Origin: Actinomycetota bacterium
GTDB lineage: Bacteria; Actinomycetota; CALGFH01; JBBAAN01
Assembly: GCA_041658225.1 (NCBI GenBank)
Contig: JBBAAN010000002.1
Span: 2,124 to 66,123 of the forward strand
Reading direction: 5' to 3'
DNA length: 64,000 nucleotides
Positions 26,480 to 35,779 of this stretch are shown in pieces; within the stretch, counting starts at the first letter, position 1, and each line of letters starts with the position of its first letter. The position numbers were made by a program, and so were the translations under genes. The notes beneath the pieces were generated by a model. It did no database searches, was not told where the DNA came from, and was given only the letters and a program-made list of their open reading frames with translations.

Positions 26480-27529
26480 CTACAGGATGATCAACTCCTT
26501 GGGAGCGACGGTCAGCACCTCGGGTCCCTTCGCGCCGACCACCACCAGATCCTCGATCCGCACTCCGCCGAAGTCCTTGATGTAGGCCCCCGGCTCGACG
26601 GTGACGACCATGCGAGAAGTGAGTTTATCATCCGAGCCGGCCTTGAGCCTCGGCGCCTCATGGATCTCCATGCCCACCCCATGACCCGTCGAGTGCTCGA
26701 AGGCCGCGCCCAAGCCGGCAGCCTCCATCACCGAGCGAGCCGCCCGATCGACATCTCCGCAACTCGCCCCGTGCTTGACGGCCGCCAGACCCGCCGCCTG
26801 TGAGGCCTTGACGGCGTCGTAGACCTCCCGGTGGCGGCCGGAGACCCTCCCGATCACCACCGTGCGGGTCTCATCCGAGCAGTAGCCGTCCGCGACGCAG
26901 CCGAAATCGATGACGATGAACTCCCCTATCTTCAGCTCTGCGTTGCCGGGCTGGTGATGCGCCAGCGCCGCGTTCTTCCCGGACGCCACGATCGTGGGAA
27001 AAGACGCGGAGTCGGCGCCGGCCTGGAGCATGGCCGCATCGAGGATCGTGGCCACCTCGCGCTCACGCATTCCGGGCTTCATCCGGCTGAGCACGTACAG
27101 GAACGCACCCTCCGCCAGAGCCGCCGCGCGCCGGACGGCCGCGAGCTCCGACTCCTCCTTGACCTGGCGGATCTCCTCGACGAGCCGGCCGGATGGAACC
27201 AACTCCACACCGGTCCACGTCCGGCGCATCTCCTCGGACTCTTCCCAGGTCAGCGCATGCGCCTCGACCGCGAGCCGGCCCCGCGCCATCTCGCGAACCA
27301 GCCCCGCCAGAGCTTCCACCGGCGGGTCGGGAGTGACTACGAGCTCAACGTCCGGCGCCTGCTCCACGGCCTGGAAGCGGTAGCGGCCGTCGGTGACCAG
27401 GACCGCTCGATCCGCCGTCACCAGCAGCCGCCCGGCCGACCCGGTGAACCCTGTGAGATAGCGCACGTTGGGCAGGTAGCTGATCAGGGCCGCGCCTGCT
27501 TCCGGCACCGCCTTTGTCAGTCGCAACAT
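26480..27529 (-). CDS. M24-family Xaa-Pro aminopeptidase, PepP/PepQ-like.
   Basis: Pita-bread fold motifs HGVGMEIHE and CSDETRT; start inferred at MLRLTKAV. Confidence 0.8.
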   Translation of the reverse strand: MLRLTKAVPEAGAALISYLPNVRYLTGFTGSAGRLLVTADRAVLVTDGRYRFQAVEQAPDVELVVTPDPPVEALAGLVREMARGRLAVEAHALTWEESEEMRRTWTGVELVPSGRLVEEIRQVKEESELAAVRRAAALAEGAFLYVLSRMKPGMREREVATILDAAMLQAGADSASFPTIVASGKNAALAHHQPGNAELKIGEFIVIDFGCVADGYCSDETRTVVIGRVSGRHREVYDAVKASQAAGLAAVKHGASCGDVDRAARSVMEAAGLGAAFEHSTGHGVGMEIHEAPRLKAGSDDKLTSRMVVTVEPGAYIKDFGGVRIEDLVVVGAKGPEVLTVAPKELIIL

Positions 27530-27648
27530 GAACCGCTCGCGGCGCGCGGCCGGCCCCTCGCTCGTCTTCGATGCACGACGCCTCGGAGCCGCCTTGGCCC
27601 GCACAACGCCCGTGCTGCGGGCCGGCCGCGGGGCCGCCACACTCCCAC

Positions 27649-28086
27649 TCATCGCTTCTCCGTGGCGATCAGGGCGAGCGCGGCCCTCAGCCCCAATTCG
27701 TAGGAGACCGCGCCGAACCCGGCGATCGCGCCTCGAGCCGCCGGTGAGATCACCGAGTGGCGGCGAAACTCCTCGCGGGCGTGGATGTTGGACAGATGGA
27801 CCTCGACCACCGGCAACCCGATGGCCTCAACCGCGTCGCGCAGGGCGTAGCTGTAGTGGGTGTAGGCGCCCGGGTTCAAAACAACGGCGTCGGCCTCACC
27901 CCGGCAGGCGTGCAGACGGTCGATGATCTCCCCCTCGCCGTTGGCCTGGAAGAAATTCACCTCCGCGCCCAATTCGTCGGCCAGCCGCTCGATGCCCCGC
28001 TCGATTTCGGCCAGCGTAGTGGTGCCGTATTGGACCGGGTCGCGGCTGCCCAGAAGGTTCAGGTTAGGGCCGTTCACGACCAGCAC
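27649..28086 (-). CDS. aroQ: Type II 3-dehydroquinate dehydratase; start approximate.
   Basis: Motifs VLVVNGPNLNLLG and LNPGAYTHYSYALRDA. Confidence 0.85.
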   Translation of the reverse strand: MLVVNGPNLNLLGSRDPVQYGTTTLAEIERGIERLADELGAEVNFFQANGEGEIIDRLHACRGEADAVVLNPGAYTHYSYALRDAVEAIGLPVVEVHLSNIHAREEFRRHSVISPAARGAIAGFGAVSYELGLRAALALIATEKR

Positions 28087-28194
28087 TCGAGGCCTCAAAG
28101 CGCACCTCCCCTTTCGTTCCCACCCATGCCAGAATTCGGCCGGTGCCGCGAGCGCCGCGAGCACGTAGCCCCAAGTGGCCGAGGACGCATGTCC

Positions 28195-29325
28195 CTACTC
28201 GGCCAGTGCCGCCAGCGCCGCACGCACGGTGGGCCCATCCTCGACCAAGCACACCACCGGGGAGCCGACGTCTTCGAGCAACACCAGGCGCACTCCCGCG
28301 CGGTACTTCTTGTCCACCTGCCAGGCCGCGAGCACGGCGTCGGCGTCCAGTCTCAGCCCGCCGGTCGGAAGCCCGAGCGCCTCCAGCACCTGCTTGTGCC
28401 GTTCGCAAAGCCCCGGCCGCGCCAGACCCAGTTCCTCGGAGAGCCGGGCCGCGAAGACCATTCCCAGGCTCACGGCCTCCCCGTGGCGCAGATCTCGGAA
28501 GCCGGACATCCGCTCCAGCGCGTGGGCCAGGGTGTGCCCGTAGTTGAGCAGCATGCGGACTCCGGCCTCGCGCTCATCGGCCTCGACGATTCGCGCCTTC
28601 ACCGCTACCGACCGCTCGATCAGCTCACCCATGCAACCCCGCAATGCCGCCGCCGGGTCGGCCCTCCCGCCGCCGGCCGCCAGCAGGTCCAGGATGCGTC
28701 CATCCCGGATGAAGCCGTGCTTGGCCACCTCGGCCAGGCCCGAGACGAACTCCCCCCGCGGCAGGCTCTCCAGGGTGTCCAGATCGGCCAGCACTCCCAC
28801 GGGTTGGTGGAAGGCGCCCACCAGGTTCTTGCCCTCGGGCAGATTCACGCCCGTCTTGCCACCCACGGCCGCATCGGTCATGGCCAGCAACGTCGTGGGC
28901 GCCTGGAGAAAGTCCACCCCGCGCAGGTAGGTCGCGGCGACAAACCCCGTGAGGTCGCCCACCACCCCACCTCCGAAGGCCACCAGCAGATCCGCGCGAT
29001 GAAGTGGCAGCCGGGCAAGCAAGGAGTAGAGCTCGCCGGCCTTCGCCGGCGACTTGGATCCCTCCCCCGGCTCGACGGTCAGCACCTCGACCTTGAGTCC
29101 CAATCCCCCCAACGATTCCAGCAGCGGCTCAGCCTGCGCGCGCAGGCAATCGTGAGTCACCACCACGGCGATCTCGCGACCTTCCACCCCCGCCACCAGT
29201 TCGGGGGCCCGGCGAAGGGCCCCCGACCCGATCAACACCCGATAGCTCGAGTGCGGAAGGCGAACCTCGACGCTGCGAATATCACTCAACGGCGGCGAAT
29301 CTCCTGGACTCTCGCGGTGAACCAC
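28195..29325 (-). CDS. aroB: 3-dehydroquinate synthase.
   Basis: Motifs GGGVVGDLTGFVAATYLRGV and NYGHTLAHALE. Confidence 0.9.
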   Translation of the reverse strand: MVHRESPGDSPPLSDIRSVEVRLPHSSYRVLIGSGALRRAPELVAGVEGREIAVVVTHDCLRAQAEPLLESLGGLGLKVEVLTVEPGEGSKSPAKAGELYSLLARLPLHRADLLVAFGGGVVGDLTGFVAATYLRGVDFLQAPTTLLAMTDAAVGGKTGVNLPEGKNLVGAFHQPVGVLADLDTLESLPRGEFVSGLAEVAKHGFIRDGRILDLLAAGGGRADPAAALRGCMGELIERSVAVKARIVEADEREAGVRMLLNYGHTLAHALERMSGFRDLRHGEAVSLGMVFAARLSEELGLARPGLCERHKQVLEALGLPTGGLRLDADAVLAAWQVDKKYRAGVRLVLLEDVGSPVVCLVEDGPTVRAALAALAE

Positions 29326-29831
29326 CGAACGATCTCCTCGGCAACGCGCCGCACGTCCGTGGAATCGGTGTCGATCACGAAGTCGGCAACCGCCTCATAG
29401 ATGGGCGTGCGCACGGCCACGAGATCCCTCAGGCGAGCGGCACGGTCCCCGTGCGCCAGCAACGGCCGATCCTCACCGGTCTCCACCCGCCGCATCAGCG
29501 TTTCCGGGGTGGCGCGCAGGTATACCAACAGACCCGACATCTTGAGCAAGGTGCGGTTCTCCACGGCCAGCACCGCGCCGCCGCCCAGAGCGATCACCTG
29601 CCCCTGCCGCTCGGCGACTTCCTCCACGGCCTCGGCCTCACGAGCCCGAAAGCCGGGCTCACCCTCCTTGGCGAAGATCTCCGAAACCCCCATCCCCGCC
29701 CCTGCCACGATGAGTTCGTCGGTGTCCACGAACGGGCGCGAGAGCAGGCCGGCCGTCGCCCTGCCCACTTCGGTCTTGCCCGATCCCATGAACCCGGTGA
29801 GAACCAAGTTCGACCCCAGAGTGCGCTTCAT
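29286..29831 (-). CDS. aroK: Shikimate kinase.
   Basis: P-loop GFMGSGKTEVG; start at MKRTLGSNLVLTG. Confidence 0.85.
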   Translation of the reverse strand: MKRTLGSNLVLTGFMGSGKTEVGRATAGLLSRPFVDTDELIVAGAGMGVSEIFAKEGEPGFRAREAEAVEEVAERQGQVIALGGGAVLAVENRTLLKMSGLLVYLRATPETLMRRVETGEDRPLLAHGDRAARLRDLVAVRTPIYEAVADFVIDTDSTDVRRVAEEIVRWFTARVQEIRRR

Positions 29832-29832
29832 C

Positions 29833-31005
29833 TCATCGCTCCCCGATGGAGGCGAGGTAGGCCTCCAGGTTCCTGCGGACCTCCTCGAGGCTGTCACCGC
29901 CTGTCTTTTCCAGCACGGCATCGGCAACCACCAGCGCCACCACAGCTTCCCCGACCACCCCCGCCGCCGGCACCGCACACACGTCCGACCGCTGGTGGTG
30001 AGCCTCGGCCGCCAGGCCGGTGCGCATGTCCACCGTTGTCAGCGGACGGCCGAGCGTCGGAATCGGCTTCATCGCCGCCCGAAGCCTCAGGGTCTGACCG
30101 TTGCTCATGCCGCCCTCGATTCCCCCGGCGCGCGCGCTCTTGCGCTCGTAGCCGCCGCCACGACGCACGATCTCATCGTGGGCGCGCGAGCCGGGAAGGG
30201 CCGCGATGCGAAAGCCCTCGCCGATCTCGACGCCCTTGATCGCCGGGATGCCCATCAACGCGCCGGCCAGCCGCGCGTCCAAGCGCCGGTCCCACTGCGC
30301 GTAGGAGCCCAGGCCGACCGGGGCCGAGAACACCAAGATCTCAAACACCCCTCCGAGTGTGTCGCCCTTGGCCCGCGCCTGGTCGATGGCGGCCATCATG
30401 CGCCGCGAAGCCGCCGCGTCGGCGCACCGCACGGGCGAAGCGTCCACCTCTCCGATTCCGCCGGGTCCCGGATGCGCGGCGGAGCTTCGCACCGAGCCGA
30501 TCGAGATCACGTGGCTTGCGACCTCGATGCCCAGGACCCCCAGGAACTGCTTGGCCACCGAGCCGACGCCGACTCGCGCCGCGGTCTCTCGGGCGCTGGC
30601 CCGTTCCAGGACGTTGCGCGCGTCCTCGAAGCCGTACTTCAGCATTCCGACGAGATCGGCATGGCCGGGCCGCGGTCGCGTCAGGGGCTTCGCGCGCTCC
30701 AGCCGGGCCAGGCTTCGCGAACTCACTTCCTCGGCCGCCATGGCAACCGACCATTTGGCCCACTCGGAGTTGGCCACCTTCAAGGCGATCGGGCTTCCGA
30801 GGCTGCGCCCATGACGCACGCCCGAAAGGATCTCGATGCGGTCGGCCTCGATCGACATCCTCTCGCCGCGTCCGTGCCCGCCTCTACGGCGCGCCAGCTC
30901 GGAAGCGATGGCCTTGCCGGATACCGGGACACCCGCCGGCAGGCCCTCGAGAATGGCTACCAGGGCCGGACCGTGCGATTCTCCCGCGGTGAGGTATCGG
31001 AGCAC
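29833..31005 (-). CDS. aroC: Chorismate synthase; GTG start inferred at [12 protein letters not shown].
   Basis: N-terminal [21 protein letters not shown] signature. Confidence 0.9.
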   Translation of the reverse strand: MLRYLTAGESHGPALVAILEGLPAGVPVSGKAIASELARRRGGHGRGERMSIEADRIEILSGVRHGRSLGSPIALKVANSEWAKWSVAMAAEEVSSRSLARLERAKPLTRPRPGHADLVGMLKYGFEDARNVLERASARETAARVGVGSVAKQFLGVLGIEVASHVISIGSVRSSAAHPGPGGIGEVDASPVRCADAAASRRMMAAIDQARAKGDTLGGVFEILVFSAPVGLGSYAQWDRRLDARLAGALMGIPAIKGVEIGEGFRIAALPGSRAHDEIVRRGGGYERKSARAGGIEGGMSNGQTLRLRAAMKPIPTLGRPLTTVDMRTGLAAEAHHQRSDVCAVPAAGVVGEAVVALVVADAVLEKTGGDSLEEVRRNLEAYLASIGER

Positions 31006-31110
31006 TCGCGCCTCGCGGATGTCGGTGGAATGGTGGCCGGAGGACACGCCCTGCGCGCTGCCGAAGGCATCGCCGGGGCGCATCACCGGCCCGGAGGCCT
31101 ATTCTTCTCC

Positions 31111-31138
31111 ACGAAAAAGGCCCGTGCAACCGGGCCTT
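31111..31138 (-). terminator. Putative intrinsic terminator between the pilMNO-associated operon and aroC.
   Basis: Minus-strand RNA AAGGCCCG-GUUGCA-CGGGCCUU followed by UUUCGU (8-bp stem, U5 run); 140 nt after the stop of the 31279-32091 gene. Confidence 0.45.
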
Positions 31139-31278
31139 CGTCGTCCGGCCACTCCGCCCCACTCGCCGCCCGGCCGGCAAGGCAACCCCTGGAAGACTTT
31201 GCGGCGCTTGGGTTCGCGCCCTCGCTTCCCCTTGCCGGCCCAAGCGAGATCGGCCTCGAAACGGCCGGATCAGCGCCG

Positions 31279-32091
31279 CTACTTGATGACTTCCTCGCCC
31301 TCGCACAACCGGAACCGGCTGTCGCCGTAGAGGAATGTGCCACATCGGTCGGACAACGACACGACCTTGAAGCTTTCCGCGAAGGTGTCGCCCGCCTTCA
31401 CTTTGTAGACGGTGCTTCCCACCTTCACCGACGCGTAGGTCGTCCCGCCCTGCGTGAACACATCCATCAGAGTCACCCGCTGTCCTACCTGGGAGCTCGC
31501 TTCGCTCGTTCGCCCCGGGGCGGGAGTTGAGGAAGTCGTGGTGGAAGTGGTCGCTCCCGGAGCGGGAGAGGACGCCGCGACCAGCAGCGGCCGGAAGGGG
31601 TCCCGACCCTCGAAGACCTCGAAGGTCTCCGGCACGCCGGTCTGTACGGCGCTGGGGCTGGCACTCGGCTTCGGCGACGCCACGACCCGGGCCCGGGTCG
31701 TGGCGGTCACGGCCGGCGCCGGCTTGGCCTCCTCGACCGGCTTGCTCCGCAAGACGAAGGACCACAACCCGGCCGCAGCAACCACAGCGCCCGCGAGGAC
31801 CAACGCGAGCAACAACGCTGTTCGGCCACGCGTCTCCTTGCCGCCACCCTCTCCCTCGAACGGACCACCCAGCGGAGGTTCCCCTGGCCCCCCGGGTTGT
31901 CCCGGAGTCGCGGGCATGACCGAAGGCTGCCCGGGAAAGCCCGAAGGCCCGTGCGGCGCGCCGGGAGCAGGTGGGGACCCGTAGCCGTACGGAGGAGCCG
32001 GGTACGTCGGCTGGCCGGGAGCACCGGGCGCGGCGCCCCCTGGGGAGCCTTGCTGCCCGTATGGCGGCACGAACGGCGGCTGCACCATCAC
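31279..32091 (-). CDS. Hypothetical bitopic membrane protein, last gene of the pilMNO cluster and a candidate PilP-like component. It has a Pro-rich N-terminus, one TM helix, an S/T/P linker and a small C-terminal beta domain.
   Basis: Position after pilO, where pilP normally sits. Sequence shows PPYG-type Pro-rich repeats, TM ALLLALVLAGAVVAAAGLW and C-terminal domain VTLMDVFTQGGTTYASVKVGSTVYKVKAGDTF. No confident family match from sequence alone. Confidence 0.45.
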   Translation of the reverse strand: MMVQPPFVPPYGQQGSPGGAAPGAPGQPTYPAPPYGYGSPPAPGAPHGPSGFPGQPSVMPATPGQPGGPGEPPLGGPFEGEGGGKETRGRTALLLALVLAGAVVAAAGLWSFVLRSKPVEEAKPAPAVTATTRARVVASPKPSASPSAVQTGVPETFEVFEGRDPFRPLLVAASSPAPGATTSTTTSSTPAPGRTSEASSQVGQRVTLMDVFTQGGTTYASVKVGSTVYKVKAGDTFAESFKVVSLSDRCGTFLYGDSRFRLCEGEEVIK

Positions 32092-32094
32092 TGC

Positions 32095-32751
32095 CTACCT
32101 TGCGCTCGGAGTTGGGGTCGGACTTGCGGTCGCGGTGGGAAGGACAACCCCGCCCGCCGGCGCGGGCTGGAAGCCCGGACCGTACCCGGTGGTGTAGATC
32201 TTCATGGACAGAGCGCTGGTCATCCGTGACATCCCGCCCGCCCCGGGAGCGCCCGGCGTGAGGCTGACCGAGATCACCTGGGTCGCGCGCTGCAGGCTCT
32301 CCAGACGGCTCAGGAAGTCCGACATCTGGAAGTAGCCTCCCTCGACGGCCAGAGCCACCTGGATCACATTCACTCCCCCAACACCCACTGCCTTCCCGCC
32401 GGCACTCTGCGCGGTCAGCGGAGAGGGCGCCCCTGGAGAGATCGAGTTCACGTCGACCCCGGACCTGGCGGAGATCTCGACGATCCGCCGGATAAAGCCA
32501 GGCAAATCTGGGGTGTCGGGAATCTTCTCGGAGAACTGCGCGATCTCGGCCTGGATTTCGGGTGCCCGGCGCTTGAGTTCCTCCAAACGCGCGATCTGAG
32601 CGCGCAGCCGGCTCTCCTCGCTCTGAGCTTCCTGCCTGGCCTGGTTCGCCTGGTCGATCTTGCCCGAGGTTGGCTTCCAGGAGGCCAGGTAGAACACGGC
32701 CACCAGCACCACGGCAAGCACGGCCGCCCCCGCCACGTAGGCGCGCTTCAT
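32095..32751 (-). CDS. pilO: Type IV pilus assembly protein PilO-like: bitopic, with a coiled coil.
   Basis: Single N-terminal TM, coiled-coil ARQEAQSEESRLRAQIARLEELKRR; position after pilN. Confidence 0.6.
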   Translation of the reverse strand: MKRAYVAGAAVLAVVLVAVFYLASWKPTSGKIDQANQARQEAQSEESRLRAQIARLEELKRRAPEIQAEIAQFSEKIPDTPDLPGFIRRIVEISARSGVDVNSISPGAPSPLTAQSAGGKAVGVGGVNVIQVALAVEGGYFQMSDFLSRLESLQRATQVISVSLTPGAPGAGGMSRMTSALSMKIYTTGYGPGFQPAPAGGVVLPTATASPTPTPSAR

Positions 32752-33398
32752 TTGGCGCCTCCTGAGGCAGTCGGCACCGCGTAGCGGCGGGTGAAGGCGG
32801 CCGGAGTCAGGTCAATGGTAGAGGAGAAGTTGGCCACCTTGCGTCCGGCCAGGTCGGCCTTGGTGGTGTTGGACAGGTAGGGGTTGGCGAACTGCTTTCC
32901 CTCCCCCATACGCACCAGCCACCCGGCCACCCCAAGATAGTCGAAGCTCACCCCGGAAAAGCTGAGAGTACCGATCGAGACGGCCTGTCCGGCCGGCAGT
33001 ACGGCAGTGGCCGAAACGGCGCCTGAGAAGCTGGTCAACCAGGTGTCCCCGGGGATGAGCATGCTGACATCTCGCAGGATAGTCGACCAGCGAACCTCGG
33101 CCTGGAGCGCTTGGGCCAGCATCGTCTTCTTCTGAGTCAACAACTGGTCGAGGCGCCCATACTCCTGGAGGCTGACTACCTTCGTCTGAAGCTCGCGGTT
33201 CGTGGCCTGCTGCTGCGCCAGGGCATCCTCGGCCGAGGAAAGCTGACCACGGTGGAACAGCGCCAGCGCCACCAGCACGACGATGAACCCCGCCAATCCC
33301 ACCACCAGGCCCGCCAGCATCCGCCGGGTGCGGCGCTTCTCCGCAATCTCGGGAGGCAGCAGGTTCACGCGGACCATGCCCCCGCCCAACTCGGTCAT
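32748..33398 (-). CDS. pilN: Type IV pilus assembly protein PilN.
   Basis: N-terminal VRVNLLPPEI (PilN INLLP motif) followed by TM and coiled coil; translationally coupled to pilM and pilO. Confidence 0.7.
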   Translation of the reverse strand: MTELGGGMVRVNLLPPEIAEKRRTRRMLAGLVVGLAGFIVVLVALALFHRGQLSSAEDALAQQQATNRELQTKVVSLQEYGRLDQLLTQKKTMLAQALQAEVRWSTILRDVSMLIPGDTWLTSFSGAVSATAVLPAGQAVSIGTLSFSGVSFDYLGVAGWLVRMGEGKQFANPYLSNTTKADLAGRKVANFSSTIDLTPAAFTRRYAVPTASGGAK

Positions 33399-34438
33399 CT
33401 CGACGCTCCCAAGGCCAGGCCGATCGGAACCGTCATCACCGGCTCAGCCCAGGGCAACTGCTCGGCCGGCATGTTGAGCTTCCCGACCTTGAGCGCCGCA
33501 AGCGGGTGCGCCGGCTCGACCGACAAACGCAACGCCGCCGAGAGTCGCTCGCGCAGCCCCGCGAGGTTCGCCCCTCCGCCGGAGACCACCGCGCGGCTCA
33601 GGGGAAGCGAGTCGACCTGGGCGCGGTAGTAGTCCAGGGATCCCCGGATCTCATCCACGAACGCCCCGACGGCACGGTCCACCACCGCCGCCGGACTGCC
33701 CGGCTCGACAGGCCCCAGGCCCATGCGCGCCTTGAGTCCCTCGGCGTCCTCCCAGCCCAGGTTCGTCTCCCGAACCAGCGCCTCAGTGATGTCGTCGCCG
33801 CCCATGATCAGGATGCGCACGAAGCGCGGAACTCCGGCCGCGTGAACGAGGATGTTGGTGACGCTCCCCCCAATGTCGATCAGGGCCTCGGCGCCGCCCA
33901 ATCCCAGCCCGCTTCCCCCGGTCACCGAGCGCAGCACCGCGAACGGGGTCAGGTCGACCATGATCGGCTTCAGCCCCGCTCCCGAGATCGTGTCTACCAA
34001 GCCACCTACCATGTCCTTTGACGCGGCCACGAGCAGGATGCGCAGCATGGCCTGGCCGGACTCCGAGGTGAAGCGGTCGATCGCCTGGTAGTCGAGAATC
34101 GCCTGCTCGACCGGGATCGGGATGTACTCCTGGACCTGCAGGGCCAGCGAGGCGCGGAACTCCTTGTCCTCCAGTTCCGGCAGGTCCACCTGGCGAACCA
34201 TCACGCGCTGGCTGGCCACGCCCAAGACAACCTGCTTGCCTCGAAAGCCGGACCGCTTCCAAAGCCTCCCCAGCGCCGCGCGCACGGCCCCGGCGTCCTG
34301 GATCTCTCCGTCCTTGACCGCCCCGCGCGCAAGGGGAACCTGCCCGAACGCCTCGAGGGTCGCGCCGCCGCGAACAAACGAGACCTGAGCGCCGCGCACG
34401 GCGCTGGTCCCCACGTCGAGCCCAATGATCCGGCTCAT
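33395..34438 (-). CDS. pilM: Type IV pilus assembly protein PilM, an actin-like ATPase fold.
   Basis: N-terminus MSRIIGLDVGTSAVRGAQV and overall FtsA/PilM-like architecture. Confidence 0.85.
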   Translation of the reverse strand: MSRIIGLDVGTSAVRGAQVSFVRGGATLEAFGQVPLARGAVKDGEIQDAGAVRAALGRLWKRSGFRGKQVVLGVASQRVMVRQVDLPELEDKEFRASLALQVQEYIPIPVEQAILDYQAIDRFTSESGQAMLRILLVAASKDMVGGLVDTISGAGLKPIMVDLTPFAVLRSVTGGSGLGLGGAEALIDIGGSVTNILVHAAGVPRFVRILIMGGDDITEALVRETNLGWEDAEGLKARMGLGPVEPGSPAAVVDRAVGAFVDEIRGSLDYYRAQVDSLPLSRAVVSGGGANLAGLRERLSAALRLSVEPAHPLAALKVGKLNMPAEQLPWAEPVMTVPIGLALGASR

Positions 34439-34439
34439 G

Positions 34440-34685
34440 CTAGCCCCGCCCTTGTCCCTGGACGCGCACGAAACGGTCCGACAGATAGCGATCCACGTCC
34501 GCGGAACGAATGCGGTAGTTCTTACCGACCCGGATTGCTCCGAGGTGACCCGCCTTGATAAGCCGGTAGACCGTCATGTTGGAAACCCGCATGACGCCGG
34601 CCACCTCGTCGACCGTGAGAAGCCGGTCGTCCAGGTAGGTCGCTCTCTTGGTGCCCAAAGACGGCCCCCTTGTGTGGCAGCCCAA
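34440..34685 (-). CDS. Small excisionase/MerR-like helix-turn-helix DNA-binding protein; start codon uncertain (TTG).
   Basis: Motif LLTVDEVAGVMRVSNMTVYRLIKAGHLGAIRVGKNYRIRSADVDRYL typical of the excisionase-family HTH domain. Sits between pilD and pilM behind a consensus-like promoter. Confidence 0.55.
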   Translation of the reverse strand: MGCHTRGPSLGTKRATYLDDRLLTVDEVAGVMRVSNMTVYRLIKAGHLGAIRVGKNYRIRSADVDRYLSDRFVRVQGQGRG

Positions 34686-34693
34686 GCCATCCG

Positions 34694-34722
34694 ACGCTAC
34701 CAGCGGTAGGCTACTCTGTCAA
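34694..34722 (-). promoter_or_regulatory. Sigma-A-type promoter for the HTH-pilM-pilN-pilO transcription unit: TTGACA, 17-bp spacer, TAGCGT.
   Basis: Minus-strand -35 TTGACA (34722-34717) and -10 TAGCGT (34699-34694) sit in the only AT-richer stretch (34690-34800) of an otherwise 70% GC region. Predicted TSS is within a few nt of the HTH ORF start. Confidence 0.45.
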
Positions 34723-34886
34723 CAGCAATAACAACGTCACTCATCGGCAACAGAGATTGACGGCTTGAGAACTACACGCCTGTAATTATCCGCAGCAACA
34801 TGCGTCCAGGAACCGGACGCACAGCAGCCGTCTGTCCCCCGCTTCTCCACGCGAACGAGCCGTCGGGAGCCTCACCCCTCCCGAGA

Positions 34887-35726
34887 CTACCGCCCGAGCA
34901 AGTGGGAGTAGGCCTCCGCCAAAGGACTTCCGGCGAAGAGCCCCACCAGTCCCCCGAGCGCTAGGAACGGACCGAACGGGATCATGTCCTTGCGGCTGCG
35001 CTTGCCCGACCCGATCAGCACCAGGCCGCTCACCCCTCCGAGAAGGAAGCCGGCAAAGAGTCCCACCACCAGGCTGCGCCAACCGAGGAAACCGAGGTAG
35101 AGCCCCAAGACGGCGGCGAGTTTGACGTCACCCATGCCCATCCCGCCCGGCCGGATGACCGCCAGCAACAGGAAGCCTCCCCCGGCGACCAGACCCGCAA
35201 GCACCGCTCCACCGTAGGCGCCCCAACCCGCCTCTCCAGCCAGCACGGGAATGACAAGCAGCACCAACCCCGCAATCGCCGTCGGGTAGGTCAACCGATT
35301 CGGGAGGATTCGGTGTCCGGCGTCGATCAAGGCCAGGGCCAGCAGCGCCCATGCGAACCAGAGATAGGCCGGTAGCGCCCAGGAAGCGCCGACCTTGGCT
35401 GCCACACCGGCGAACAGAACCCCGGTAGCCAACTCGATCAGCGGGTAGCGGATCGAGATCGGCGCGCGGCAGTCGCGGCAGCGCCCGCGAAGCAGCAGGT
35501 AGCTCAGGACGGGGATGTTGTCCCGCGCGCGGATCGGCGCGCCGCAGCAAGGGCAATGGGATCCGGGCCTGGTCAGGGATTCCTTGCGTGGCAAGCGATA
35601 CACGGCCACGTTCATGAAAGAGCCGAAGATCAGACCGTAGAGCCCCGATACGACTACGAGGAAGACCTCCAAGAAGACCCCCGAGCACACCAGCCGCCGA
35701 AGGGAGACGGCCCGCTCAAGCCGCAC
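34887..35726 (-). CDS. pilD: Prepilin peptidase (A24 family).
   Basis: Zinc-binding CPCCGAP...CRDCRAP cysteines, catalytic D-containing polytopic membrane domain. Confidence 0.85.
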   Translation of the reverse strand: MRLERAVSLRRLVCSGVFLEVFLVVVSGLYGLIFGSFMNVAVYRLPRKESLTRPGSHCPCCGAPIRARDNIPVLSYLLLRGRCRDCRAPISIRYPLIELATGVLFAGVAAKVGASWALPAYLWFAWALLALALIDAGHRILPNRLTYPTAIAGLVLLVIPVLAGEAGWGAYGGAVLAGLVAGGGFLLLAVIRPGGMGMGDVKLAAVLGLYLGFLGWRSLVVGLFAGFLLGGVSGLVLIGSGKRSRKDMIPFGPFLALGGLVGLFAGSPLAEAYSHLLGR

Positions 35727-35779
35727 GGCTCACCAGGGCGGCGCGCGTTCTCTAACCGAGCTACCCGAGCCGGACTATA

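Noticed and set aside
31083-31343. 86-aa minus-strand ORF in the aroC upstream region.
   Set aside because: Low-complexity, overlaps the terminator hairpin and the end of the neighbouring gene in another frame; no support.
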